Part shown: positions 19,619 to 29,726 of the stretch, piece after piece | Position numbering within the stretch: position 1 is the first letter of the stretch | Layout: each line of letters starts with the position of its first letter | Virus record (IMG/VR): IMGVR_UViG_3300045146_000214 | Coordinates: 17,447 to 81,446 of that record | Source of the DNA: a virus | Length of the DNA: 64,000 nucleotides | Direction: 5' to 3' (one strand) | The notes under the pieces: generated by a model | Told to the model about the DNA's origin: nothing | Seen by the model: the letters and a program-made list of their open reading frames with translations, nothing else | Databases searched by the model: none | Translations under genes and position numbers: made by a program

Positions 19619-20100
19619 AGGTAGGAGAAATAGTTAAAACATTGTATATCATGCGAGGTATTCCTGGCAGCGGCAAAAGCACACAGGCGAAAAAACTTGT
19701 CGGCGCTGGAAAAATATTTTCCACGGATGACTTGATTGAAGCAACCGGAGATTACAATGGCTTTTTCGCGTCCATGTCAGTAAAAGGAGATTTCACACCA
19801 CTGCGTCAAATGCACGAACAAAACCTCAACAATGTAAAAGCAGCATTTGCGGAAGGCGTCTCACCAATAATTGTTGACAATACAAACTTATCGGCGCGAG
19901 AAGCTGCACCATATGTTAAGGCTGCAACTGAAAATAATTATGATGTAAAAATAATTGATGTTGGTTTAGGTGGTGCCGATGCTGAAACACTGACAAAAAG
20001 AAATAAGCATAATGTCCCTCTTGAAGGAATTAAAAGAATGATAGACAAATACAAAACTTTAGGAAACTACACCATTGAGGATTGCCTATATGAAGGTTAG
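19615..20100 (+). CDS. P-loop polynucleotide kinase (AAA_33/N4BP2-like)
   Basis: IMRGIPGSGKST, FSTDD, IIVDNTN, RNKHNVP...I.RM. Confidence 0.85.
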   Translation: MKVGEIVKTLYIMRGIPGSGKSTQAKKLVGAGKIFSTDDLIEATGDYNGFFASMSVKGDFTPLRQMHEQNLNNVKAAFAEGVSPIIVDNTNLSAREAAPYVKAATENNYDVKIIDVGLGGADAETLTKRNKHNVPLEGIKRMIDKYKTLGNYTIEDCLYEG

Positions 20101-20983
20101 TTCATTACTGTTTACATTACCGCCAAAAATTAAGAAGAACTACAAAATTGTTGGCGATCTCTCCAATGTAAATAATTGGGAGGCAAAAACAATTCTTGCC
20201 AACAGTGGAGGAAAGGTTGGGGAATGGAGTGAGGTTGGTTATATTCTCATCAATCCAAATGGCGACGATATTATACCAGTATCGCGTAATGATGAACACC
20301 AAAACGGCTATGAACTCATGCATCATTTGCTGGATAAAGGAATGATAAAATTAAATTCGTATGTGTCAATTTTTTCAAACGGTAAGAATTATATATATCT
20401 CAGCGGGGCAAAGGAAAAAATTGACGAAAAAACTCTTATGGCATATCGAAAATTTGTGCAGTATGGTGGTGATAGCAATGGCGTTGTCACCATTACAAAG
20501 CAATATTGGAGGGATAAAGGTTTTCAAAAATTGATTATTACAATTGATGATATGCTGTCGTCTCTGTCAAATGGTAAGGTTGTTGAAAAAGTTGACGGTA
20601 TTTCAAAAATTGGCAAAAGAGTAATAGATGGTTTGGAAGAAGTATCAAAGCTATATGTGCAGCGTTCAAAGAGGTTGTTTTCTGCTGCTTATGGTTTTGT
20701 CAATACGTTTTTAACAAAGTTGATGTATGAGCTTGGTTGTGATTATAGCTGGGAAGTTGTACAACAAATTAAAGAGGAATTGTTAAGAGCAGAAAGTATG
20801 GAAGATTATGAGAAAGTAGGCAAACTCTTTTTTACAATGAATGGCATAAAGAACAATATTCATAACGCAATACGGAAGGCAAGGAGCAATGATCGTTTTT
20901 TTTCTTCTGAAACAATAAAGGAATTTTGGAATGATATTGAGGCAGCAGACAATGAATTTCAACGGCTGGCAAACAAATATTAA
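20090..20983 (+). CDS. Hypothetical protein
   Basis: ~297-aa ORF, probable ATG at 20090 (MKVSSLL). Confidence 0.65.
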   Translation: MKVSSLLFTLPPKIKKNYKIVGDLSNVNNWEAKTILANSGGKVGEWSEVGYILINPNGDDIIPVSRNDEHQNGYELMHHLLDKGMIKLNSYVSIFSNGKNYIYLSGAKEKIDEKTLMAYRKFVQYGGDSNGVVTITKQYWRDKGFQKLIITIDDMLSSLSNGKVVEKVDGISKIGKRVIDGLEEVSKLYVQRSKRLFSAAYGFVNTFLTKLMYELGCDYSWEVVQQIKEELLRAESMEDYEKVGKLFFTMNGIKNNIHNAIRKARSNDRFFSSETIKEFWNDIEAADNEFQRLANKY

Positions 20984-20992
20984 AGGATAACT

Positions 20993-23482
20993 ATGGCAGG
21001 AACATATACACAAGCTGCTCAATTGTTGGTGTCGGTTACGTTGGACTCTACTAGTGCCGGTAAATTCGCTGATGATTTATCCAGTAAGATTGCTGGTTCT
21101 GTAAGAAAGGCATTAATGAAAATCAATAAAGATGTTGCCAAAGATTATGTTGATGCAATAAAGTTAGGGCTTACTGGAGTAACGCCATATGGAAAGACAG
21201 CGGCGAAAGGGACATCAGGCGTAGGCTCAATTAGTCCAGCATCGTTTGATATATCTCCATTAATTAAATGTATACAAAAAAACGCCGTTAATGTAAGATT
21301 GGTGGATATTGGTTCAGTTGGTGCATTTGGAACAAGAATAAAACAATTTATGGTTTCTGGAGGTGTTAGTACAAGTGTTTCTGCTAAACCAGAAAAGGTT
21401 ATCGAAAACACATTAAAAGAAAGTTTAAAAGATGTTGGTGGTGGTGGTGGAATAGATACAAAATTATTAAACGCTGTATTCAAAAAACTTACTGGAGTCT
21501 TGCCGCTTGTAGCAACTGGAATGATATTATTGTCAACTATTTCGTGGATAATTTCTCAAATATTTGCTGGAATAGAAAATGGATTTAAGATGTTTAAATC
21601 ATATACGAGTATAGGTGTTTCAACTGAAATGGCTACAATGATTGGTAGAAAAAGATATGCGATAACAAGATCTGGAAGAATTAATGTTGAAAAAATGAAT
21701 GAAGTTTTAACTCAAAATAATTATCAAGTTGTGTCATTAATAAGATCATATATGATGTTTAATGATACTATGAAAGATGCAGTAGAAAACACTATGGATT
21801 ATATGAGATATATTATGGAAACGGGTAAGGCATATAGCGTTTCAGAAGATAAATTATTGAGTTTTACGACAACACTTTTAAGAAGAATGTGGTTGTTGAA
21901 AGAGGATGCAGAGGACTTTATAAGTCGTGTTGGCAAAGCACTTGGATCATTAACGGATAGTCAAAAGGATGTGTATGATAATTTACAACAAAGAATTACG
22001 CTTGATTATGGTATGCTGGATTTGGGGGAAAAAGGAAAACAAATATTAGATAATCTTAATATAGCAATGCCAGCACTTAGTGCAATAACAAGCCCTGAAA
22101 CTGCTGCTTCTTTAATGGCTACATTGTTTAATTCATGGACAAGCGAACAGGGACTATTCAACAAACAGCTTTCTCCGCTTTTTAGAAGATGGGAAAATAC
22201 ACCAGTGCCAAAGGATAGGGCAGCAAGAGATGAATACGAAAAAACGGTGAGAATGCAAATGGTAACAGCTTTTTATGATGTTACTGAAGATGTCCAAGAT
22301 TTATTGGAAGATGCAACCGAAAGTTTTTTAAGCGCTGAGGGGACACAACAATATTTGGAAAAATTAAGAACAAATGACCCAAGACTTAGAGCGTTTGGAG
22401 ATGACCAATTAAGACAAATAATAACTTTTGTAAATGGACTAAATAAAATGGGTCGGACAAAAGAAGAGGTTATAGAAAGTTTGGAAAAAACGATGGAGAA
22501 CACTAGATTAAAAGAAGAAAAAAATAATTTACTTAATTTAACTCAAAGCCCGATAGAAAGATTAGTAAATATTGCGCAATCTTTATTACAGGAATTAGGG
22601 GAGGTGTTAGTGCCTTATATAAGAACTATATCTTTTTATATTAATAAAGGTATAGAATACATTATGGCTTTTACAAACATGTTTAAGTCGGAAGAAGAAC
22701 AGAGAAAAGCAAATGAAGATTTAAAGACAGAATTTGCGGAATATACAAAAAAAGAACAACAAGAGAGAGACATAAAAGAACAATCAGTGTTTGCATCAAA
22801 GGTTAAAGAACAATATGGGATTAATATTGATGACATAATTAAGGGGCAATATAATAATGGAAAGGGTGAAAAAGAATTTGAGAGTGAATTAAGAACACGT
22901 TTAACTGAGGAGTTCGGTAATGAAGATGCAGGCGGGGAACGACGAGACATGATAGTGAATGAGCTATTGAGAATAAAAAGAGCTAATAACGAAAAATTTA
23001 CAAAAGAATTAGAAAAAATGGATAATTCACGGTCAGGAGAATTACCGCGATTTGATGTAGCAAAGTTTGCAGTTAAAGTTGGTTCGACTGTAATAAAGAA
23101 AGTAGCATTGAAAGTTGGTGAAGAAATGTCCCCTTATAGTGGTTTGGGAAACATGAATATCTATGATCCTGGTTGGCAGTATGGTGGTTTTTCTGGTTGG
23201 AATGGAGCGTTTGGAGGTTTTGACCCACAACAGCAGCAAGTATATGTAATAGAACCTGCCGGAGGAAATGAAGACATAAAAAGATTTGAAGAAACGAAGG
23301 AACTACAACAGCAGCAAAAAACAGAAGATGAAAGAGAAAGGAAAGACACCAACGACAGAGAAGAAAAACGGTTTAAAAATTTTATAGATAAGTGGGTTGA
23401 AACACATAATTATTTAAAGGATATTATAAATAATATAAAGATTGGCTCTGGTGGTATTTCATATATATATAAAAACAATTAA
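20993..23482 (+). CDS. Tail tape measure protein
   Basis: 829-aa largely helical protein, N-terminal LLVSVTLDS, a hydrophobic segment, located after hub chaperones and before baseplate hub genes. Confidence 0.65.
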   Translation: MAGTYTQAAQLLVSVTLDSTSAGKFADDLSSKIAGSVRKALMKINKDVAKDYVDAIKLGLTGVTPYGKTAAKGTSGVGSISPASFDISPLIKCIQKNAVNVRLVDIGSVGAFGTRIKQFMVSGGVSTSVSAKPEKVIENTLKESLKDVGGGGGIDTKLLNAVFKKLTGVLPLVATGMILLSTISWIISQIFAGIENGFKMFKSYTSIGVSTEMATMIGRKRYAITRSGRINVEKMNEVLTQNNYQVVSLIRSYMMFNDTMKDAVENTMDYMRYIMETGKAYSVSEDKLLSFTTTLLRRMWLLKEDAEDFISRVGKALGSLTDSQKDVYDNLQQRITLDYGMLDLGEKGKQILDNLNIAMPALSAITSPETAASLMATLFNSWTSEQGLFNKQLSPLFRRWENTPVPKDRAARDEYEKTVRMQMVTAFYDVTEDVQDLLEDATESFLSAEGTQQYLEKLRTNDPRLRAFGDDQLRQIITFVNGLNKMGRTKEEVIESLEKTMENTRLKEEKNNLLNLTQSPIERLVNIAQSLLQELGEVLVPYIRTISFYINKGIEYIMAFTNMFKSEEEQRKANEDLKTEFAEYTKKEQQERDIKEQSVFASKVKEQYGINIDDIIKGQYNNGKGEKEFESELRTRLTEEFGNEDAGGERRDMIVNELLRIKRANNEKFTKELEKMDNSRSGELPRFDVAKFAVKVGSTVIKKVALKVGEEMSPYSGLGNMNIYDPGWQYGGFSGWNGAFGGFDPQQQQVYVIEPAGGNEDIKRFEETKELQQQQKTEDERERKDTNDREEKRFKNFIDKWVETHNYLKDIINNIKIGSGGISYIYKNN

Positions 23483-25344
23483 TGAATTCTTTAAATATAA
23501 AAATTCCTGTTAGAAATAATTATGAGCTAAATCATAAAAATTTTAGTGGTATGAAAGTGCCGCTACGACCGTTTGTGCAAATTTTGGTTTTTAATAATGC
23601 AGATGATAAAAACGCAATTGATGTATTTAGTATTCCCTATAATTACTTTGAAGATTTTGTTTTGCACTTCGGAGAACCAGGTATTGGCGGAACTCTTACG
23701 GTTTTAAATCCATACCCTATTTCAAATGAGAAAAGAGAAAAAGATAGATTTCAGAAGTTTCAAGATATAATAGCATCTTTGGTTAAAATTGATAAAAAAA
23801 ATCCAACAGATAAAAAAGACGAAAACGCTCGCGCACGTGCGTATTATCGTTTTGGGTGGTGTGATGAAGAAGCAGTGTATTATGTATCGAAGTTTTCAAG
23901 ATTTGGCATTATAAATTTAAAAGTTAATTTTAGTGTTGAGGGGTTTAGAACCAAAATAGACTTCATGGATTTTGGTCAAAAAATTTCTCATACACAGCGT
24001 ATTGATGTTACGTTAGAGAATAATTCTACAGATATTTTATTAGATGTTGCTGTTTACTTAATGCTTAATTATGATATTAAAATGGATTTTCTTGAGCGTG
24101 ATGATCAAGAATATAGAATTTGGAAAAACACAATTGACACAGAGGCATCAAGAGAGTTTATAAAATCCATGAGAGAAAGCGTTAAAAATAATAGTGATGC
24201 GCAGCAGCAGATAATGCAATTAATAAAACGAGACTTTACTATGCAATCACCTGCTCGCGCTGCGTTGAAAGGAAATTCTTCTAACAGTGTTGGTAAAAAA
24301 TATTCTGCACAACAACAAACAGTTTTTGAATATATTAGTCAATTGACTAAATCAATAATTAAACCAGATGATAACCTTTATAATGAAAGCAAAGCAATAC
24401 AGAGAGAAAGGATATATGTTTCATATGAGTCTCCTATAACTAGTGATGACAATGACTTCGAGAAAAATCCTATATTTTTAACAGCGGCAAAAAAAGAGAT
24501 GTTTGATGTTATAGATATTCCTAATAACAATTTTAAGGAAGTCAACACTACAATTAATCTTTCGTGGAAACCAGCAGTTCCAAACGATAAGACGATAGTA
24601 GCAGAACGTTTTGCAAATTACACAGGAGGTAATGAAAAATTAAGTGAAAAGTATAAGAAGTATCTATTGCCGTCAAGAGATGGTGGTATATATACATATT
24701 TTCCCTCTAATGTGTTACCTGTTGATTATAAAGATAAAATATTTAGCACTAAAAAAGTTCGTCAATCAAACGTATTAAATTTTTCCATTGACTCTGAAGC
24801 GTGGATGGGTTTTTATTTGCAAGGAACACAATATTCAATTAATATAGATAGAAGCACAGGAGAAACAACGTCATTAATGTCAAAAAGTCAACAAAAATAT
24901 GTTGACAAACCGACTTCTGTTGTTAGTAATACAATACAAGACCCAACTAATAATTTAAATGGTAGTTCTAAAGCACAAGCTGCTTTCATACAGTCATATA
25001 AGAATATTTTAGTGAATAAGGGCACTGTAGAAATTTTAGGCGATCCAACGTTATGTTTTGGTGGAAATCTCATGGGTAAATATATTTATTTAACAGTGTG
25101 CTACCCTAATGGAGATATAATTAAAGAATTCACCGGATTTTATAATGTTTGGGGATATACACATTCAGTTGCATCAGGAAGGTTTACAACACAGCTTTAT
25201 GTGTTGATGCCGCCGACTTGTCCGTTTGCATTGTTTGATGGAAAGACAAAAGAAGAGGTCGAACAAAAAAGTCAAATTGGAAGCGATGGTGTTATTCCTA
25301 TTGGTGCAAACCAAATTAATCCTTCAACAGAGGCAGTTGCGTAA
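23482..25344 (+). CDS. Baseplate hub protein (gp27/late control D-like)
   Basis: YRFGW near the N-terminus; C-terminal GTVEILGDPTL...FTGFYNVWGYTHSVASGRFTTQL typical of hub proteins. Confidence 0.7.
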   Translation: MNSLNIKIPVRNNYELNHKNFSGMKVPLRPFVQILVFNNADDKNAIDVFSIPYNYFEDFVLHFGEPGIGGTLTVLNPYPISNEKREKDRFQKFQDIIASLVKIDKKNPTDKKDENARARAYYRFGWCDEEAVYYVSKFSRFGIINLKVNFSVEGFRTKIDFMDFGQKISHTQRIDVTLENNSTDILLDVAVYLMLNYDIKMDFLERDDQEYRIWKNTIDTEASREFIKSMRESVKNNSDAQQQIMQLIKRDFTMQSPARAALKGNSSNSVGKKYSAQQQTVFEYISQLTKSIIKPDDNLYNESKAIQRERIYVSYESPITSDDNDFEKNPIFLTAAKKEMFDVIDIPNNNFKEVNTTINLSWKPAVPNDKTIVAERFANYTGGNEKLSEKYKKYLLPSRDGGIYTYFPSNVLPVDYKDKIFSTKKVRQSNVLNFSIDSEAWMGFYLQGTQYSINIDRSTGETTSLMSKSQQKYVDKPTSVVSNTIQDPTNNLNGSSKAQAAFIQSYKNILVNKGTVEILGDPTLCFGGNLMGKYIYLTVCYPNGDIIKEFTGFYNVWGYTHSVASGRFTTQLYVLMPPTCPFALFDGKTKEEVEQKSQIGSDGVIPIGANQINPSTEAVA

Positions 25345-25346
25345 AT

Positions 25347-26345
25347 ATGTTTTCATCAATTAAATTTGCTAACGTTGACAAAAATTTTACAAAAGTAGAG
25401 AATGAAAAAATTCCTGCTAATGATCAAAATAGGTCAGAGAATAGTAAGGCACCAAAAGCTATTGATGGAAGTCCATTTAATAACTTTATCGGTTACATAC
25501 TGTTTACTCGACCAGACAACGGAACATTAGATGCTTTTAAAATATACAATGAAGGCAGAGAAGATTTTACCGACTCACATACGGCAACATTTAATTCTGT
25601 TCAGTTTGCCGGAAGAAACGAACCAGTATGTGTGTATTATCAAGGCAGTGAAAGAAAATTCAGTGTTAAAATTGAGTTGTTTGCCAGTCGCCGAGGTTAT
25701 TCTACACCACCTTCATTGCGTGTTGCGGATATTCCAAGAGACCTTATGACGATTACTGATGTTGACTATATTTCACGTATGGCATTGGCATTAACATACA
25801 GTAATTATAAAATGAAGTATTCTGGTCCGCATCGTGTATGGCTGACATATGGTAATTTTATTAAAATGATACCATGTGTTTTAAATTCAGTATCAAGAGT
25901 ATTCGTGGGGTCATCGCCAGTAGACAGAACTGGTGAGTCAACAGACTTTTTACCGTATCATCAGAAAATTACCTTTGAATTAACTGCGTGTCCAGAAGAG
26001 TTGACGAAGTGCCCCGACTCGGAAGACATTATGACGGACTCTAATGCCAATAAGTCCTATGGTATTGGCACTCCTGTTACAGGTGTCCCACAAGAACCTA
26101 CCGTAATTGCCAGCACGATGCAGGCATTTGATTTTGTTCGTAGAGTTAATTTATTACTTGAACAGGGCAGAAGAATTATCTGGCAAGCAGCAAATCCATT
26201 TCAATCCGCGATATGGAATGATCTTAAAAATTCAGTAACGCAATATGCAAATCTTGGCAATCAATTTACTGGATTTGATCAGCAACAGTTAAACACTATT
26301 ATTGATAAGTCACTACCAGCCAATAAAGTTCGACTTTATAAATAA
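25347..26345 (+). CDS. Tail tube initiator/baseplate protein
   Basis: FTDSHTATFNSVQFAGRNEPVCVYYQGSERKFSVKIEL...GPHRVWLTYGNFI..IPCVLNSVS. Confidence 0.7.
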   Translation: MFSSIKFANVDKNFTKVENEKIPANDQNRSENSKAPKAIDGSPFNNFIGYILFTRPDNGTLDAFKIYNEGREDFTDSHTATFNSVQFAGRNEPVCVYYQGSERKFSVKIELFASRRGYSTPPSLRVADIPRDLMTITDVDYISRMALALTYSNYKMKYSGPHRVWLTYGNFIKMIPCVLNSVSRVFVGSSPVDRTGESTDFLPYHQKITFELTACPEELTKCPDSEDIMTDSNANKSYGIGTPVTGVPQEPTVIASTMQAFDFVRRVNLLLEQGRRIIWQAANPFQSAIWNDLKNSVTQYANLGNQFTGFDQQQLNTIIDKSLPANKVRLYK

Positions 26346-26347
26346 TT

Positions 26348-26647
26348 ATGAACCGCTATAGCATTTTTTCAAGAGAATTTTATATAACAGAGGATAACAA
26401 GTATGATTATTCTCCTGTTCCATTTTACACATTTCCTGCTAATGAAAATGACAAATATATTGTTATTGATAAAGCAGAACAGTTTAATCCTGATTTAATT
26501 GCTTATAATTACTATGGTGATGAGCGTTTATACTGGGTTATTCTGATGGCAAATGAAATTTTTGATCCGTTCTCACAACTATATGCTGGTCGTTCAATTC
26601 GTATACCAGATTTATTAGAATTGCAAATGGCAGCAAGTCTTGCGTAA
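26348..26647 (+). CDS. Baseplate wedge protein gp53/gpX (LysM-like)
   Basis: NPDLIAYNYYGDERLYWVILMANEIFDPF..LYAGRSIRIP. Confidence 0.88.
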   Translation: MNRYSIFSREFYITEDNKYDYSPVPFYTFPANENDKYIVIDKAEQFNPDLIAYNYYGDERLYWVILMANEIFDPFSQLYAGRSIRIPDLLELQMAASLA

Positions 26648-26655
26648 GGAGTAAT

Positions 26656-28260
26656 ATGGCATTTTGGTCTGAAGTATTAACACAGTTTTATGATGTAATG
26701 CGAATAACGCAGAAGTCTCGTGCAAAGTCATTGAGTTCAACTGGCACATGTATTGGCGAAGTGATAGATAATAATGACCCGTTAAAACTTGGCAGATTAC
26801 GCATTTACATTCCAGAGCATGACGAGTCTATATTGCTTGAAGCCGGAAGAGTGGAATGTAAGAATAAAGAGAAAAACTGGTCGCCATATGTTTCACCATT
26901 TGGTGGTATGCACAATTCTGGATTGTTTTTTGTGCCCGACATTGGCGCAAAAGTTGTTGTAGGATTTTTCAATAATGATTTGTATGATAGATTCTGGTTG
27001 GGAGCTATAAATAACCCAAATACGAACAATCCACCACTTGAGTCTATTGGTAGTCACTTAACAGAATATCCTAAAAATAGAATTATCAAAACTCCGGCTG
27101 GTCACACTATTGAAATGGACGACACTAGTGGTTATGAACGTATTGCTATAACGACTGCTAATGGTAACAGTGTTTCTTTGGAAGATTATAGAGATAATGC
27201 ACTCAAGGTTGAAGCGCGTGGCGATGTTTATATTCATTCTGGTGGCAACATTGTTTTTGAAGCAGAAGGCGATATATTTATGAAGTCGAACCGTGATATT
27301 GCACTTAGTTCTGGCAGCAGCGTCAATATTGCATGTCCTAATGATGTTAATGTTGAGAAAAACCTTAACATTCATGGTGATACGATACTACGATTTGGTG
27401 GTATTATGGTGGCCGATGGTAGTATAGATGTTAATGGCAATGTGTTGGCAACAGGCAATATGCTATGTGAAGGGTTATCAACAAATCATCACCAGCATAT
27501 CGTTATTGCAGAAGCGGTTGACCGAGATGTTGACGGCGGCGAAATTATTGACAAGAGAATGATACGTGCAAGTCACGTGCATACATATCAAGATAAGCAT
27601 ATTGTTGAAAACCATACACATCAAAGAATGGAAAAATGCAAAGATAAGTCGAAGTATAAAACATCAAAATCAAAAGATGCCTCTATTCTGCGCGACCATC
27701 CAGAAGACTCAGATGATTCTGATAAAATTCTTGGTGTAAAAGTAGAGAGAGATGCACCAGCAATAAATAAAATGGTTGGAGAGACATATGATAACATGCA
27801 TCATATTGGTGGCGCAACGTGTGAATTAAATATTAAGGAAGCAGAAAATAATGAGCATGGAGAAAGTGAATTCGTTTGTACAAAGAGAATTTCTGAGCGT
27901 GATTGTCATGAACATTTGAAAGACGTAAACGATACAGATTCAACTAAGATAGAAACAAAAGCCGACTCTGAAAGTGACGCAAAAGATATGAACAGTATGG
28001 ACGGTGGAAAGGGTAAAACTGGCTATATTGAAACACCAAAACCAGAATTTGAACAGCAAAACGTCAAGACTGATTCTCCTGACTCGATGATAGATGGGTC
28101 GAATAGAAAGACTGATGTAATTATAGAGCAAGTTGATAGAGATTATTATGAAAAAACGATTAAAGAACGTGCTCCACAGGAATTACAAAAGAACTCAATG
28201 CACGACACGCCTTTTGCCGTAATGCAGCATAGGCATTCAGTAAGAGGTATTGCAATATAA
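26656..28260 (+). CDS. Baseplate central spike (gp5/gpV/VgrG-like) with C-terminal extension
   Basis: OB-fold IGEVIDNNDPLKLGRLRIYIP, GLFFVPDIGAKVVVGF, IKTPAGHTIEMDDT beta-helix, apex HHQH. Confidence 0.9.
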   Translation: MAFWSEVLTQFYDVMRITQKSRAKSLSSTGTCIGEVIDNNDPLKLGRLRIYIPEHDESILLEAGRVECKNKEKNWSPYVSPFGGMHNSGLFFVPDIGAKVVVGFFNNDLYDRFWLGAINNPNTNNPPLESIGSHLTEYPKNRIIKTPAGHTIEMDDTSGYERIAITTANGNSVSLEDYRDNALKVEARGDVYIHSGGNIVFEAEGDIFMKSNRDIALSSGSSVNIACPNDVNVEKNLNIHGDTILRFGGIMVADGSIDVNGNVLATGNMLCEGLSTNHHQHIVIAEAVDRDVDGGEIIDKRMIRASHVHTYQDKHIVENHTHQRMEKCKDKSKYKTSKSKDASILRDHPEDSDDSDKILGVKVERDAPAINKMVGETYDNMHHIGGATCELNIKEAENNEHGESEFVCTKRISERDCHEHLKDVNDTDSTKIETKADSESDAKDMNSMDGGKGKTGYIETPKPEFEQQNVKTDSPDSMIDGSNRKTDVIIEQVDRDYYEKTIKERAPQELQKNSMHDTPFAVMQHRHSVRGIAI

Positions 28261-29726
28261 TGGCAACTGTTAATACAAATCCGTTTGTTAGGGAGAACGC
28301 TACAACTGTCAATACAAATCCATTTGTTAAAGAAGATGTAACAGTCCCAACAGGAAATAACTCCACGCCGTTATGCAGTAAGTCATGCGCAACAGGTAAC
28401 GATAAGCGTTATGTTGCGTTTGGCAAATATGATTATGGCTGCAATCAAAAAGCAGTCATAACAGAAAAATACATAATGGAGAAGTTGGACTCGCTTACTA
28501 GGTTGGATAAGAAAACTGGCGACTCAATAAAGGAAATTCAATGCTTAGTGTCAAGTGCGATGGACTTGAATTTGGTTGATCCTAATCAAGTTCTTAAAGA
28601 GTTGCAAAAAATTGACGCAGAACCATATCCAGAACAATCGAAGTATTTCTTGTTGCCAGACCGCTCTATAGAAGATGCAAAAAACGAAGTGTTAAAATGG
28701 TTTAAGCGTCAACAGGAAAAATACCAACAATATCAATGCTGGCATAATAGAGATATTAAGCAAATTGTTAGTGGTGGAATTCGCACTGAAGCTGAAAAGA
28801 AGATTTCAAGTATTAAGAAAGCAACAGAAAAAAACCACTTTCAAACATTTGACCAGTTGTTTCCCAAGCACTCGTTGTTAAAAGATAAGAACCAACAAGA
28901 ATTGTCAAAAAGAAAAGGCGGTGATGATTGGATTGTTCGTCCATTTGGTCAAGCATATCGAAATTGGATAGAATATGAGTGTAATATTAAAAACGCATTT
29001 GAGTGGTATATCTCAGTTGTTAAGGAAAAAGTTGATAATGTTGTTGATATTAAGACTGCTCTTACTGGTATTGAACAATTCTTCTTGTTTAATACCAATA
29101 CCGATACTGATTCTGTAATTAATCGCCCACACAAGAGCTTGAATGTTCTTATTTTACTTAATAAAGAATATGGAAGAGCAGTGGATAAATACTCGATGGC
29201 AGTGAAATCTGGGACAATTGAGACAGAAGCAGAAAGAATGGTTGAAAGTGCTATCAAGGAACATTATTTGCCTTATAATGTTAAAAACGACTACAATGTT
29301 GTTAATATTATGTTTCAGCAAGAAATTGATGATGCGTATGACTCAACGAAATCACGAATGTCTCAGAAAACAGGTAAGAAACAAGATACAGATAAAACTA
29401 AGAGTGCAGAAAAAACAAATAATGCCCAATCTCTTATGCTTAAATCACAAGGTAAGTCACAAAGTGTAGAGAGTTCACAAAGTAATAAAAAAACACAAAC
29501 GACGCATACGTCACAGGATAAAGAAAATAAGTCTTTGTATGATATTTTTATGGATGAAATACGTAAAAACATTACCAATAAAGGAACTGTTACGTCAGCA
29601 CAGATTTCAAACAATGCAACGTTACAATTGCTGTTGTATAAGAATAATAGTTGGGATTATGCCTACAAATTGTATAGAGATTTAAAACATATGCGTGATG
29701 TGCAATATGAACAAAGACTTAAATAA
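28260..29726 (+). CDS. Hypothetical protein
   Basis: 488-aa ORF coupled to the spike stop codon (TAATG). Confidence 0.7.
   Translation: MATVNTNPFVRENATTVNTNPFVKEDVTVPTGNNSTPLCSKSCATGNDKRYVAFGKYDYGCNQKAVITEKYIMEKLDSLTRLDKKTGDSIKEIQCLVSSAMDLNLVDPNQVLKELQKIDAEPYPEQSKYFLLPDRSIEDAKNEVLKWFKRQQEKYQQYQCWHNRDIKQIVSGGIRTEAEKKISSIKKATEKNHFQTFDQLFPKHSLLKDKNQQELSKRKGGDDWIVRPFGQAYRNWIEYECNIKNAFEWYISVVKEKVDNVVDIKTALTGIEQFFLFNTNTDTDSVINRPHKSLNVLILLNKEYGRAVDKYSMAVKSGTIETEAERMVESAIKEHYLPYNVKNDYNVVNIMFQQEIDDAYDSTKSRMSQKTGKKQDTDKTKSAEKTNNAQSLMLKSQGKSQSVESSQSNKKTQTTHTSQDKENKSLYDIFMDEIRKNITNKGTVTSAQISNNATLQLLLYKNNSWDYAYKLYRDLKHMRDVQYEQRLK
28264..28341 (+). repeat. 39-bp tandem duplication (TVNTNPFV)
   Basis: caactgt(t/c)aatacaaatcc(g/a)tttgtta x2. 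Confidence 0.85.

Noticed and set aside
17223-27013. T4 late promoters TATAAATA (e.g. 17223, 17611, 23425, 26337, 27006)
   Set aside because: Several copies are expected by chance at this AT content and these lie inside CDSs; the intergenic gaps carry TCGTATATT instead
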